This document shows positions 24,360 through 37,650 of a stretch of 64,000 nt of DNA, one piece after another. The notes below the pieces were generated by a model. That model was not told where the DNA came from. It saw only the letters and a list, made by a program, of their open reading frames with translations, and did not search any database. Position numbers and translations under genes: made by a program. Where the stretch lies: assembly GCA_012026655.1 (NCBI GenBank), contig JAAILG010000882.1:1-64000 (forward strand). The letters are read 5' to 3'. Source of the stretch: Hydrolagus affinis. Lineage: Eukaryota. Within the stretch, counting starts at the first letter, position 1. Each line of letters begins with the position of its first letter.

Positions 24360-25951
24360 GTAAGATCTTACCTTATATCATTTCACTTTATTTTCATTAA
24401 AACAGTGAGACTATTGTTCCATGTGTTCTTTTCGTATCGCCGTATAATTAACACTGTACATACCTGAGAATAATTAATTCTGTTGTGTTAGGGGAATGCA
24501 GGTTAAATAGATAATTTATCGCCATTGTCATTCTAAGAGCTATGATATTAATTGTTAGTTTCTTTAACTCGGTAGGTTCAAAATGGCTTAAGTACTTTGT
24601 CAATTCACTTCTGGGGAACTGAAAAGTTATTGTGAGGTTGCTGGTGTTCTTCACTATACGCTTCCATGCAGTTTCTTAATGAAAGACAAGCTTGTGTTAT
24701 ACAGATAAGTTACAGTATTTGTAGGTCGGGAGCTTCCTGCTGCTGCTGAGTTACAGATCTTTTTTTTAAGTTAGCCGTACAATGACATTTTTACTTGACA
24801 CATTGAGAATCAGAGTCGATGAGCTATGCTTTTCTGTGTGTTCATTTTGATGCATTTCTTCCTGTTTTGTATTGGAAGGAATTATGGTTTACAGCTAATA
24901 TTGTTTGAAAAGGGGCTTTTTGTTTTATTGTTGAGAGCCAGTGTAGTGTTGAACTCAACATTATTCCGAAAGTTGAGTTCTGGACTGGTTCTTCCTGACT
25001 CAGTGCTCAGTGGAAACTAATGACCAAAACAACCTGTTTTTTGTGCGCTCTTTATCTGTAACGGTGTCTCATGGTAATTTGTGAGAAGGAAGTCAAAAAC
25101 TACGGAGGAAAGATTAAATTGCAAATCATTACAAAAAGGAGAGCAGGCCCGAAAATTAAAACTGAAGTATTTAATTTAAAAACAATTTATTTCTTCATGC
25201 ATCTGTTATTTTTTAAAAAAAGCAACTCTTAAATTGGTTTTATTTCTGCAATTGAAACAATTTCTCCCGCTGAAGTGAAATGTTGCTACAGTTCAATTTG
25301 TCTGGCAAAGAACCAGCCTTCTCCATCTTTGATTTGCTTGTTTGTGAGCAAATAGCAATTACCTTACAACAAATACTGGTTGTCTGAAATTTTACTGTTG
25401 CATTGAGTTGTCCATACCTGTTAAACGTCAAGTTTCAGTTTTAAGAGCCACTGTCAGTGTCAGTCCCGCAATCTGAGGCCATCTCATGAGTTGGCAAAAT
25501 GTTTGCTGACTTCTTGAATATCTGCTTCATTCACGGGGCAGCAAGTGAGAGGTTACCATAGGAGTGTCTCATTATTAGTCTTGTAGAGGGAACGGAACAC
25601 CACAGACTGGGCTCTTCAGTGTCTGAAATTAGATTCCCCCTCCCCTCCCCTTCAAGGCTTTGGATTGTTTTGAGAACCTAACTTCTGTTTTCATTGCAAT
25701 AACAGGTATGGTAGTGTGTAAAACGAGGAAGGTTTTCCTGTCAGATTTAATTCTGTAGCCGAGTGCCTCGATACTACGGAGCTCATGTACGGGGTTAGAT
25801 TAATGCTTGCTGTGCTTGTAGGCAGGGCTGCATTTTCAGACTGTGATCCGATTCTTACTTGTTCGCCTATTAAAGTACAACTCTGCAGAGAAAAGATTCT
25901 TAAGACGAGTGTTAAGAATACCAGGCATTGTTTTGTTTTCTCTCTTGAAAG

Positions 25952-25986
25952 GATTATAATTGTGTAAATGGCTGCAGGAGACTATG
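25952..25986 (+). other. Candidate 35-nt exon ending in ATG (would supply Met in frame to the 46099 exon)
   Basis: Acceptor TTGTTTTGTTTTCTCTCTTGAAAG| and donor ATG|GTGAGA. Confidence 0.25.
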
Positions 25987-28825
25987 GTGAGACGAGTGTG
26001 CTTAATGTTAGACACCTACAGTCAATTTATAACACAGTTTGATTGAGATTGTTTGTTGTGGGGTGGGGGTTGGAGGGGTGCAGAAGACTGTGTCTATAGT
26101 TGCAATTTGGCTTCTTACATTTAACAAGTAAACCTGATTAAGTTCAGCTTGCATCTGTAAAACTTCTCATAGTGCTTCGGTGGTTGAACTTTTTTTATAA
26201 GCAAAAAAATTCCCTGTACTTGATTTGAGGAACAGTAATCAGCATGTGTGTCAAGAGCTTTATTGATTTATTTTTCTTGTGGGGAAAGTAGATACTGTCA
26301 GGGATTTGCCCAATTCTAAAAGAAGTGTTAATTCATTGTCATATTTCTTTCAAAATACCAAGCGGTTCTTTTTCCCGACCCAATCTCTCTCCTTGCTGTG
26401 AAACTTAACTGGTAAGGTCTGCAGGAGTGAAAAAAAACATACTACAGTACAAAAAAAACAAGCAAGCACTAGAAATTTGAACAAAAACCTGGAAATCCCC
26501 AGCAGGTTGATCTTCACGTTTAAAGAGGTGAGCATTTTGAGTTTGACACTGACGGGTTAGATGTTGGAGTTGTTGAATGTCATTTGTGAAGTTACATTTA
26601 ACCGTTACATCTGATACAGCGAAGTGAACACTACTGTTAGGCTAGGAAAAACTGTTGTTTGTGAATGAAAGTATGTACACAGCAATCTGCGTTTAGTGTG
26701 GCTAGAAACTGTGGTTCTAATAAACCCGGATAAGATTGTATTAACTCTTGTAGAAAGAGGATGTTGCTGATTTTCTGAAGGGCAGTGATGTATAATTACA
26801 GACAATACGCTGATTTGATAGTTGGCCAATTTAAAAAGTATCCTGACATATCACACACATGAAGCCATTAATCTAACTGTTTACAAAGAAAATGAATCCC
26901 CTTTTTAGCCTAGGTTAAGGCTACGGTTCCTTTTCATTTATCAAAATAACTTGGTTCAGCTACTATCAAAACTGTGATAAAGCTAAGTTATCTTGGTTAG
27001 TTTGAGATGTACAAATCTCAAGCTGTTATGCTTTTTACATTACAGTACTAATATCATTCTTGCTTAGGCATAAAAGCAGTTCATTTTTTGCAAGTAACTT
27101 ACACAGACACTGTGTTTGAAGAGAAGAGCCTAATCCTGTACAACACTTAACTTGTGGCTGACGTGTGGTTAGGCTTCAGGTTTAGTCTATGCATTGAGCT
27201 CTGTTAATTCTTTTAATTCAGTTGAAAGCATTCATCCTGTTCCATCTGTTGGAGACATGTTTTTTTAAAATATGGAAGATGGTGTGGAATTTGAAAATGC
27301 CAATTTTTTTAAAGAACTCTACTTAACGCAAGACTGGAAACATTTACTTCAATCTCCTATGTAGATTTATACTATTGAACTAATTAAGTAAAGGTTATAC
27401 CGGGGAAGGTAAATCCGGCTGGAAATTCACAGAGAGCTTTGTAACTGCTGCTGGATGGTTTTATTGATTTATAGTTACTCTGTATTCCCACACTTGCTAC
27501 AGTCTTATCGAGCTGAACATTTTAAGTACAATATATTGGCAGGGTTGCATCTAGAATCATTTGAAAATTACTTAGGATTAGTTACTTTTTGTGGTTTTCA
27601 TTTTTTATAAATGTTTTCCTGGTTTATAAAAGTAATAACTCTTTACATGTAGCTATTTTTGGTCGAGTTTGATCAAACGATTGAGATTCTAAAACGGTTA
27701 TACTTAAGTAGTTATGCTATTTGTGGGCTTTATTTTGGAGAGATAAAATTGATGCTTAAAAAAAAGTACATTATTAATGTAAGAGCTGTTAAAGTTGGCA
27801 TTTTACACTCTTTCATTTAAATCTATTTTAGCAAGCTTCCAAGAAGTGTGTGCTGACTGTAACAGACCAATTCAATTCACCAGTACGATTGACATTAACG
27901 GATGATTTTCACCGGACTGGGTAGGACTTTTTATGGTTTGCTGAAGGTGTTTTAGTGAACATTTTACAACGGAAATTTTACCGTATGTAAACCAAAAATA
28001 TTTGTAACAATTTGTTCTGATTGAAATGAAGAAACCGTTTGGTTTCTAAATTGTACTATCTATGTTGGGTATGGCCAACTGACCGACTGCTGTCTTTTAT
28101 ACTGTACGGCAGCTCCGTGGCAATCGGTCACAACCAATCAAATTAAAACTGCTCACAGAAATGGTAATATGCAGTGAATTGGAGAATACCTTGTAAGAAA
28201 CAATTTACAGTATTCCTTTGCAAGAATAACCACATTATTTCTTGCATGACAGAGATGAACGTTTCAGTGGAAAATCTGCAATAAAAGCTTTGTTTTTCTT
28301 CAGGTGACTTGTTGATTCTCCCCGGCTCTTTATTCAGGTTCCATCTGCGATAGATTTTTTTTAATGAATTTTGTTAGAAAACTCAGTAATATATTTATGA
28401 ATTTTGTGCACTTCCAGGCATTAAATAAATACTGAGGATACAAGCGGAGGTTCTGTACTTGGTAGTACATAAAGGCTCAGTGCACTAGAGTACTCCCAGG
28501 TTACGCACAATGCAGTATTGCAATGTACAGTATCTGCCGAGAGTTAATTCAGATGCTCCTTTTACTAAATTGTTGAGTTTCTATTAGGGAGATAAATGTA
28601 GTAGTTCAGTACACAACAGTCAGTTTATTTGTGGAATTTATGTTTTATTGTATGGAAAGAATTTGATTTTCTTGTGGTAAAATCTAATTTAAGTCTCCCA
28701 TGTATGTAAGTGACAAGTTTTTTACAGTTCACGTAACACTGTTATTTTCTGTTGTGCTTGATGTGTAATAGCATTGTGCAGCCCAGTGACTAACAGGGAG
28801 CAAGGCAAAGCTTTTCTTTTCAGGT

Positions 28826-29000
28826 TTAGAACACAAGAAGGCATGATTCATTGGACCCACGCCACTCCACAGACAATGTGAAGCTACCTTTTATGAACTC
28901 CACCCCATCCACTCTGTCTCTCAGGGGAATATTCTGCATAGGTACTCCTTGGTTCCCTAACATATTTAAGAATACTCATACAATCCCCACATCTATACCA
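28826..29000 (-). mobile_element. Old CR1 3' fragment; marks the right edge of the TE-free block
   Basis: TAGAACACAAGAAGGCATGATTCATTGGACCCA...TTTATGAACTCCACCCCATCCACTCTG..GGGAATATTC resembles a reversed CR1 3' end. Confidence 0.45.
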
Positions 29001-32000
29001 TTCAATTCCACCTTCCTTTCTTCCATAGATACAAATCCCACTTCCCAAAGTATATTTTTAAACCTCTACAATATGAATCTGCTCTATCACTTGGACCCCT
29101 GGGATTTCCAGGGTATTCTCCTCTGACTACTATAAGATTCTATGCATTGAAACACTCAAATGTTAGAAGCAAACTTATTGCTCTTAATATTAAGCACATG
29201 CAGTACTGTCAAAATAAATACTTCAAATCGCTTTGATAAAAAGACTCAAACACCGTATTTCTTTTCACCGATTTTTTTTGTTTTCCATACCTTCTTCTTC
29301 CAATTCTCTCTCTCTCCTACTTTCTTATTTTCAATGTTGCTTTATTTGAAGTTAATATTCCCATTTTTACTTTTTTACCAATGTTTATTTATACTTTAAA
29401 ACTTCATAATCTATTTTGCCGATGCCTTCGGGATCTCGCACCCTTCTTTCTGAATGATTATGTTGTGGCAAAAGCAAAATTTGATGGACAGATTTTTATT
29501 TGTTAAAATTTCTGATAAATTTGTGTTGTATCAATTATTAATAATTTAAGAATAAAAGTGATTCATTCCTAAGGCCAATTCCCCTCATGGTTTTGAGGCT
29601 AAAATTATAACGCATTTTTAGTCAGCAAAGGCTGTTAAGAATCTTCCTTTAATGTGTCCGAGACATTTCAGGTGATGACATTCACAAAACTTTTGCTTCA
29701 AAATCGATGGATTCAGAAAATGATCAAAAGTGGCAAAGTACAGTTGCAGTGTCACAGGGCAATGTTGTCGAGAAATACTCAAGGATCAAATTCAGTTGTA
29801 AAAGTTAATCTTGCGGCTCGATACAAAATGAAAACTTTTGTGAAATCTATTATCCCTAATTATTTACTTAGTCGTTCACTGTCATGAGTAAATCTTATTC
29901 AGAAGGTTATTACTTTAACCCTTTACTTCAGCAAATCATAACTTTGCTTCCAATGAAACTGAATATTGAATTGGAAAATTATCGAACCAGCTAAAAAATT
30001 TAGCATGTTAGCGTCCAGTCTTTTAAAGCCCTGTTCCTATCCCTCCAGGCTAACATTTACAGATATGTATTCCACTGAGCTGTATACTTAATATAGCTGC
30101 TGTAAACTTAGTGTGACATTCATAGTGTTTCTGGTTAGAATAAATATTTGTTTCAGAAATCAGAGATATTATCCAATAACAATAACTTGTATTCAAATAG
30201 CACTCTCCACACCGGGCGGCATCTCAGAGCCATTCCCATTCTGTTGGCCTGGTTTTGAACCATGTAAAACCAGTGAAGGGCAGTGTTCTAATTCTGTATT
30301 ACCTAATGCACTATAAACTATTAATACTCAGTGCCCCATATACTGATAAGGAAGAATGAATAACAAAGTAATTAACCTACCTTTTTGACTAACAGTTAAT
30401 AAACTGTGAGTCAGCCTCAATTCAGTTTGTAGCTCCCTGGGTTCAAGCAACAATGACATTCAAACAACATCGAAATCCATCTTAAAATATTATTTCTCTA
30501 ATATTTGGCTAATAATAATAACCTTCCATTTGATACAGCATCTTTCACTTCGGGAGGACACCTCAAAGCGTTTCACAAGATTTACTGTAAAATTTAGCGA
30601 TTGTGTCATGTATAGGCTAATGATGATTTTAGCAATATATTAATTATTCTGACTTCAATTTGCATCAAAAGAGTTACCCAAATTGCATTGATGGTACAGT
30701 ATATACCTAAACAAGAATATAAACTTAACAGGTAAAGGCTGAGTGGTCTGTGTTGGGCAATGAAAAGCCTGGCTGTATAAGTAGCATACAGGTGGAGTTC
30801 TTGAGGGGAACAAAGTCTTTTATTTTCACATAACTTGCTTTGTGTAGAGCCTCATTGCCCCAGGTAGTTTATCTGCAGAGGCATTAACTCGGTCGTACAA
30901 CACTTCAAATTGAAATGTTTTTAGATCAATAGGAACTACTGTATGTTTATTGAATAGCACGCTGGAAACTACCTTGCGTGAGGGGTGCTACATAAATGCA
31001 AATTGTTGTTGTTGAATGGGTTGTGCAAGCTATTAGTTAGCGGGCGTTGAAGATGAGCTTCAGCATTTGAACTTACAATTATCTGTTGTTTCAGGAGGTG
31101 CTGTGTGGTGCTTCACAAAATAAATAGAAACTTGTCATTTAAGTTGCTAATATTGGGCCCTGTGCTGTGTAGTAAAACTGTTCACACACTTGATTGACAT
31201 TTGTCTTCTTCTAAAAGTAAGGGAAGCGTTAAATCTAGGCCTTTAGCAAATTCTTTTCAGATATTTCATCCTAGTAAGAACCAGGATTAGTTAAGTGCCG
31301 GATTTCTGGTGAGGATCATGACCCTGTTTTGTTTGGCAGGTCATAGCTAATGGAGAATCCTAGCTTAACCTTGTGGCCACAGCATTCCAATATCTCATGA
31401 AGGATGATGTGCAAAGGAAAGGGTCTAAATTGTAATGGGGAATCAATTTAAATCTCCACCTATACCATTACACCTACTGTAAGTCATTCTGTTAAAAACA
31501 AGCAAGCAAAAAATAGATACCGTGATCTACTTTCATAACCTGCCAGGCAAAAATGTTAACAACATTCTCAGAATGGCTGAAATAAATAAACTTTAATAGA
31601 TTTTTTTTAGCAGTGACACACATCGACAACTTAAATTATAATGTCCTTTCATGTCGGGAGGAGGTCCAAAGATGTCATGTTGGGACATAAAGTCATCACT
31701 TCTAGTTGCATTGCTGCAGACATCTGCTGCAGGTTGATGTGGTGGAACACATCTGATTATTGGCAGGATACAGTATTTGTGAAAAAAAGTCTTTCATGGC
31801 TGATTTTACATCACGGTGAGGTTAAAAATATACAAGCCCGCAGTGTTCATTTTGAGTCATTTGAAAGAGCGGTTTCATGCCACGTGAGTCCTATATGTTG
31901 CCAAATCTGACTTTTTTATCCCAGATTAACTCTGATGAAATTCAATAACCACAGAAACTTTTTTTTTAATCTGGATAGTTTATACGTGCATTTTAGTAGC

Positions 32001-32861
32001 TATATGGAGGCGGTGGGGGTGGGGAGCTTGTCTCTGAAACTTTATATTTAGAGAATGAGACTTCTTCAAATAAATTATTTGTAGAATAATGGGAGCTGGC
32101 AGTGAATAGTAGTGGTCTCATTGGGTGGTCCAGATGAGGTCAGTGGGAGCAAAGCTGGAGCAGTTTAGTTCTGACATCCGAACCTTGAGGTGAGATTGTT
32201 GCCTTGAAACTACACCTTTTACTACTCTGTTAATGTCTTTTCTTTAAGAATATACGGGACCATCCTTTTTTAACACAGTGTTTTAAGGGAGCCCCATGGT
32301 GTAACAGGTCTGCGTAATAAAGCGGTGTTGGTCCCTTATGACTTCTGAGCAGTGCCCAGGAAACTGGTCGGTCAGACATCACTGCTCTTGCGAGCATTTC
32401 TAGTGCTGAGAGCCAGGTGATTTTGCACCCCAAATCTTCTGCATTTCCAATAAATGTGGGTCCGAGGAGATACAAGATATAAGTTGGCTTGTGCCCTATG
32501 GGGCATTATAAATGGTTCATCTTGTTGTATACTGTGGAGCCAGTGGAAGCAAGATCGTATGGAATTATGGAAAATTCTTAAATTCAATCTTAATGTGGGT
32601 GACTATTTTTTTCAAGAACTGATGAAAGCTAGCTTCTAAGGTTTTTGCAATTCTGTGCAATCTTAGACACATAAATGGTCTTACAGGCTAAGAATTGGCA
32701 TTTTGTGCCTCTGGTGTGCAATGGTGACCAGAATACTTCCTGTACTTGAAATAATGTCTACACAGAAGAATTACCAGCTCCAGGTTTATGGACTGGGAGC
32801 CCAGATTCAGTTAGGAAAAATACACCACATATAATACAGTATACACGATATACTATATATC

Positions 32862-32932
32862 CAGCGCTTGGGGATGTCCTTCCGCCTTGAAAGGCGCTCT
32901 ATAAATGTAATTTTGTTATTTTGTTGTTGTTG
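32862..32932 (+). mobile_element. Isolated L2 3' tail
   Basis: CAGCGCTTGGGATGTCCTTCCGCCTTGAAAGGCGCTCTATAAATGTAATTTTGTTATTTTGTTGTTGTTG. Confidence 0.8.
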
Positions 32933-33782
32933 TAGAATGATTAATAATGTTAATCCTTGCATCCGGTATAGTATGTTGTCACATTGTCGAAAAATTTCAA
33001 AGCTCTTCACAGGATGATATCATGATTCCTGCAACTCAAAGCCCAATTGGCAGGCTGGTGCCAACCAACTCGGTACTTTGCAGCATGGTTACCTTTCCTT
33101 TTGTTCCTGCTTTCAGTTCCTATATTAATAGTAATTAATATACTTTTGATATATAAACATATCACATCTTACAACAGCTTCACAGGATTTTACTGTAAAT
33201 TGCAGTTACCATATATTTGTAGGCAAATTCTTTTGTAGCACGTAGTGATGTTTTTGTACATGAAACAACAACAACAAATTGCATTTATATAGCACCTTGC
33301 ACATCAAGAAAATCACCCAAGGCTCTTGAATGATGTTACATCAGTTATTGCACTAGTACACAGTCTTAGCTGGCAGCAAAACTAACAAAACAAAAAAATG
33401 ATAAGATGGCATTTAAAATGGCTTTGTTATCTATCTTGTTTGTTACTGGTCAGTAATGTCCAGTAATGAGGTGATGATGTGCCCCTAACTGTTAATGTCG
33501 CTTTTGTAACTGTTGTTTTAAATAGTACACACATTCATATTTTTAATTAATTTTCTTTTTGTATTGAATGATTGTTTCTGCATCAGGAGAAATTGGATAT
33601 GAAGGTCTGTATATCTCTTTGGCATTACAAACACTGTAGAATGGTAGCAAGTATGATTTGTGAAACAGTGTTTCATTATTGAACAACTGAATTGTGGTTT
33701 AGTGAAAGCATTTGCCTATTATCTGACAAATAAATCTCACTTCTTGTTTGTTTCTCTAAACCTCTCATTGACATGTTTCCAG

Positions 33783-33862
33783 ATTGCTCTGGGGTGCGGA
33801 GAGTATTAGCTGGACTGTGATATCTACACAGTTAAATAATCTGACAACACTTACTGTCAAAG
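33783..33862 (+). other. Candidate EYA4 5'UTR exon (alternative donor at 33877 would add an in-frame ATG)
   Basis: Pyrimidine-rich acceptor ...CTCTCATTGACATGTTTCCAG|. Donors AAG|GTAATG (33862) and ATG|GTAATT (33877). Confidence 0.35.
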
Positions 33863-34829
33863 GTAATGTGAAGAATGGTAATTTGGGCTTTGCACAGAAA
33901 TGCATTCATAGAACTGCATCCTCGTTACTAGAAGGAAACCAAAATGAAAGTCCTTCATTTCAATTAATTATATGACTAAATTACATTTTTTTTACAGTTT
34001 GTGTAAATTTTTTCAAAGATAAACTATTAGGAACATAATCTGGGGATCATGCCTTTGGTGATATCTGAAGGTTGTTAGGTTAAGCATTGTTTTAAATGAT
34101 GTCCTCCAGAGTCTCACTGTCTCAAGTAAAACACTATTTTTATACAATTTTGAGTCATTGCTGACTTTCAGTTGTCAAAATTGCCACCTACAGGATTTCA
34201 GTTACATAATTGTTGCACATATGAAGTAAAATACTGTAATCATTTCAATAGTCTCGTCACAGGAGGCCATTGTGATGTTAAGAACCAGTGTTTTCTTCAA
34301 TATTTGTTCTGGTGACTACCTTAATATACCATTTCATATGTATATTTTTTAATGTAAGCATGCACAAATTTGCACTGGTTCAGACTGTGATCTTTATCAT
34401 GACTTTACGTGACCTGTACCTTGACATTCAAAGTGTTTTGTGTAACTCTGATGTGGTCCCTGATGGATGATAGTAATCAAAAACAACATCAAAGACAGAT
34501 TGTGAATCATTGGCGATTCTTAAGCTCTTTAGAAGTTGTATAATTCTAAGTAGCTACACATTCCTAAATCTGTTTCTGTCGAGGCATTATACTCTACTTT
34601 CCTTGAAAGAAGTTTCATGTTAATGAAGTACAATAGGAAATATGATTGATCAGGGTTAATGATGCACGATTTAATGCTTGCAATCGTCACACAGAACCTT
34701 TGTACGGTTCGGAGCTTTGATTTTACTTTAATAGCTCTTTGAGACCTCCTTGAGACGTGAAAGGCATTCTCTAAATATAAATTGTATTGTTTTGTAATTC
34801 TGTTCATATTGTAAAATAATATAATAATA

Positions 34830-35139
34830 TTAATAATAATGCTTATATTTGATATAACACATTCACATCTTCTAGACTTCTCAAAGCACTTCACAGAATA
34901 CACTGTAAAGTAAATTAACTGTATATTTTGTGGGCGAAACGCAGCAGCCAATTGCACACAGCAGTGCCTCACGTACAGACATGGATTGAAGTGACCAATT
35001 TATTTTATTTATTTTTGTGTGCAGGATTATTATCAGGTGTGTGGAGTAAGGAAAGTTGTCCATGGTTTCACCCTGCCAGCCATTGAACCCAGGTCTCGCC
35101 TGCGAGGCGAGTGCTCTAACCACTGGTCTATAGCACTTC
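34830..35139 (-). mobile_element. Full-length family-A tRNA-SINE
   Basis: Reverse complement of the 10328 copy (TGAACCCAGGTCTCGCCTGCGAGGCGAGTGCTCTAACCAC; GGCGAAACGCAGCAGCCAATTGCACACAGCAGTG). Confidence 0.9.
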
Positions 35140-35808
35140 ACTGTGTCCAATATGTCTGGAAATTCCTTAGATATTTTACCGCGTAGCTTCTCTTCTTTAC
35201 CAAATATCACTTACATTGTTAATCAAAATACTTAATTTTGAAGGTCTGAGTTCCTGGCTTGTAGATTAGCTTTACAGTTATTGTCTGCTCTTTTCGTGAA
35301 TAAATTCCTAGAATTATTCCCTTTTTCCACACTTTAAAGGAAAAAGAAATGCATCGCCTTATCTCCTGCTGTTTCCCTTTAGGTAGATTGATCAGAGACG
35401 TTCGGGGTATTCCACTTTAGACAGTTACGTCATCCTTTCATTACTTGTCGTAAAAACGAACTTTGAAAAATATTAATTGGTCATCAGTCAGTGTTGTAGC
35501 TGCAATCAGCTATCTAAGACTGCAGTTTGCACATTTCAACCCTAAAACTACACAGTTTTAAGCTAAAACTTTATTATTTTTTCCATCTGAATTTATAGTG
35601 CACTATAATAGAACTGTTTACTCGTGATACCTTGAAGTAAATTGTTAGCAATTGATTAAAAATGTAACTTCATTTTTATTTTTTGCAACAAAAAATACAT
35701 TCAATAAAACTGCAGATTGCCATGGATATGCAGACTTTTTTAAAAAAAAACTGCACGCAGTGTTTCAGCTTCACTTGTGTGTTGACTATCATTCTATATT
35801 GTTAAAAC

Positions 35809-36248
35809 TAGTGTCCGGCGATAAATCGATATATCGGTTATATCGATATAATTTTTCATATCGATATGCTGATATCGGAATTTAAAATATATCGATATAT
35901 CGAAACATTCGGTGTAAAAAAAATCGGTATATCGTAAAAATCGATATATCGTTTCCAGTGATATATCGGTATTATCGGTATAACGCGAACTTTTCCAAGT
36001 TACCTTGTCGCCGGCATTGCAAACCTCCTGGGCCTAGAGCACGGAATGCGCGCGCACATCCGAATGCGCGTGCACCCACGAATCCACACACACCCCCGAA
36101 TGCGCGCGCACCTCCAAATATGCGTGCACCTCCGAATGCTCATGCATGCGCAGCATTAAAAAAAACGGAAATATAGATATATCGGTATATATTGATATGA
36201 GCCCACCGATATATCGATATCGGAAAATTTCCATATCGACGGACCCTA
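35809..36248 (+). mobile_element. Complete hAT-superfamily MITE, 440 bp
   Basis: Perfect 8-bp TSD GTTAAAAC (35801-35808, 36249-36256). TIR TAGTGTCCGGCGATA / TATCGACGGACCCTA. Dense subterminal CGATAT/ATATCG repeats and a central 18-bp minisatellite. Confidence 0.93.
36042..36149 (+). repeat. 18-bp minisatellite x6 (consensus CCGAATGCGCGCGCACCT) inside the hAT MITE
   Basis: Units start at 36042, 36060, 36078, 36096, 36114 and 36132. Confidence 0.85.
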
Positions 36249-37279
36249 GTTAAAACCAATCCTAACTTACTCTTTGGCTGATTTATGGCATTGTAGGAAA
36301 TAGAATTGTAGCATCTAGGAATTTAATTGATGTGCTATTGTGTTATATTGATCTTTTCAATTTATTTTTGAAACAAAAAATCCAGCTTTCACTATAAGTA
36401 AATGGGTCACTTTAGCTCACAAATCTTGCTTATCTTTTAATGCATCGGTAATGCCTTTCACAAAATCTCTTCCGCTCTCTCCTCTTCTTCAATACTGTCC
36501 AAAGCACACCGACTGCCTGAGAGATTATGAGTTAGGCCAAGTCTACTTTTTTTAAAACTTTTATCGCTCCCCTATTTTGAAGAAGAATGCATAGAGGCAT
36601 CTGTAGCAGTGTCATCATATCCCAACTCTGGACTTTGAGCCCCTAGAATATGAGGCAACAACTATTACATCAAGTGTCATGAACATAAAGAGAAAAAAAA
36701 ATATTTATTTGTTCTCCATCTGCCTCAGGGATTCACTGAACACTTTCAGCTCACAGTTTTTCCAGTACGAAAAATTTCCGTTATAATAATTATCCGCAAG
36801 AGGATGAATTCATGACATATCCTGTATTCATAATTCACCAGAAGACATTTCTTCTCATGAGTGACTGCATGTTCACTGCTGCCCTCCCTACTATATTATA
36901 GTCTCCGATCACATTTGAGACCTTCCTTTTTGTCCTAATGTCACCTTCTTTCTCTCTCCGGCTCAAACTCAAGCTCTGCTAACTTTGAGTGCTCCAAGGC
37001 ACTACACGTGTGTGGAGTGCTATATAAATGCAAGTTGTTGAGAAATCAAATCAGTTGTTTCAGTATGTTTGTGATAAATACCATTCAGACACATTACCAA
37101 CTTTCATTCACAGAACACAAGAGTAAAGTCATCCTGATAAGTGACTAAATAAGGGACAGATACTTTCTGTGCAGTATAATATGTCAGACAGCTTTGAATA
37201 ACTGGTAGATTTTGCTTGTAACCAAATTGTGGCTCCAGGGTCATTGTGGCATATGTCAACATTACAAGGTGGTGATTGG

Positions 37280-37650
37280 TTCATTTGACAAAAGCCGTTT
37301 GGCCCATTTGTTTTTCATCTTTCCAGTAAACAATGCCAACAAAATTACACTTGTATAGCGCCTTTCACATCTGGAGGACATCCCAAGGCGCTGGACAGTC
37401 CCTGTGTCAAACTGAGCTGGGCGCGGGGTGGTGTTACCATATTCCCATTATAGCATTAAACTGTTGTTTGTTTCATGGCGTGCCCACACTGACCTATCCT
37501 GGTAACCTGTTCCAGTTATTAATTACTTTTCAGGTCAAAAGAAATGCTGTTTAGTGTTTGTCTTGAACATGCTCCATGTACCTCTAAATTTTTGTCCTCT
37601 TGTTCTACTTGCTTAAGAGGAAATATGAACAATATTTGGATTCTACAGCT
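37280..37650 (-). mobile_element. CR1 3' fragment with a younger L2 tail (~37338-37430) inserted
   Basis: GCCGTTTGGCCCA hairpin; ACCTGTTCCAGTTATTAATTACT..AAAAGAAA and TGTCCTCTTGTTCTACT (CR1); GCGCCTTTCACATCTGGAGGACATCCCAAGGCGCTG (L2). Confidence 0.7.

Noticed and set aside
29672-29745. Possible EYA4 start exon (MDSENDQKWQST)
   Set aside because: The acceptor is plausible, but there is no credible phase-0 donor and the similarity to MEDSQDLNEQS is superficial.
36042-36149. CRISPR-like or coding repeat (ORF 35958-36176, PNARAP repeats)
   Set aside because: Contiguous 18-bp tandem units without spacers inside a eukaryotic MITE. The ORF is a by-product.
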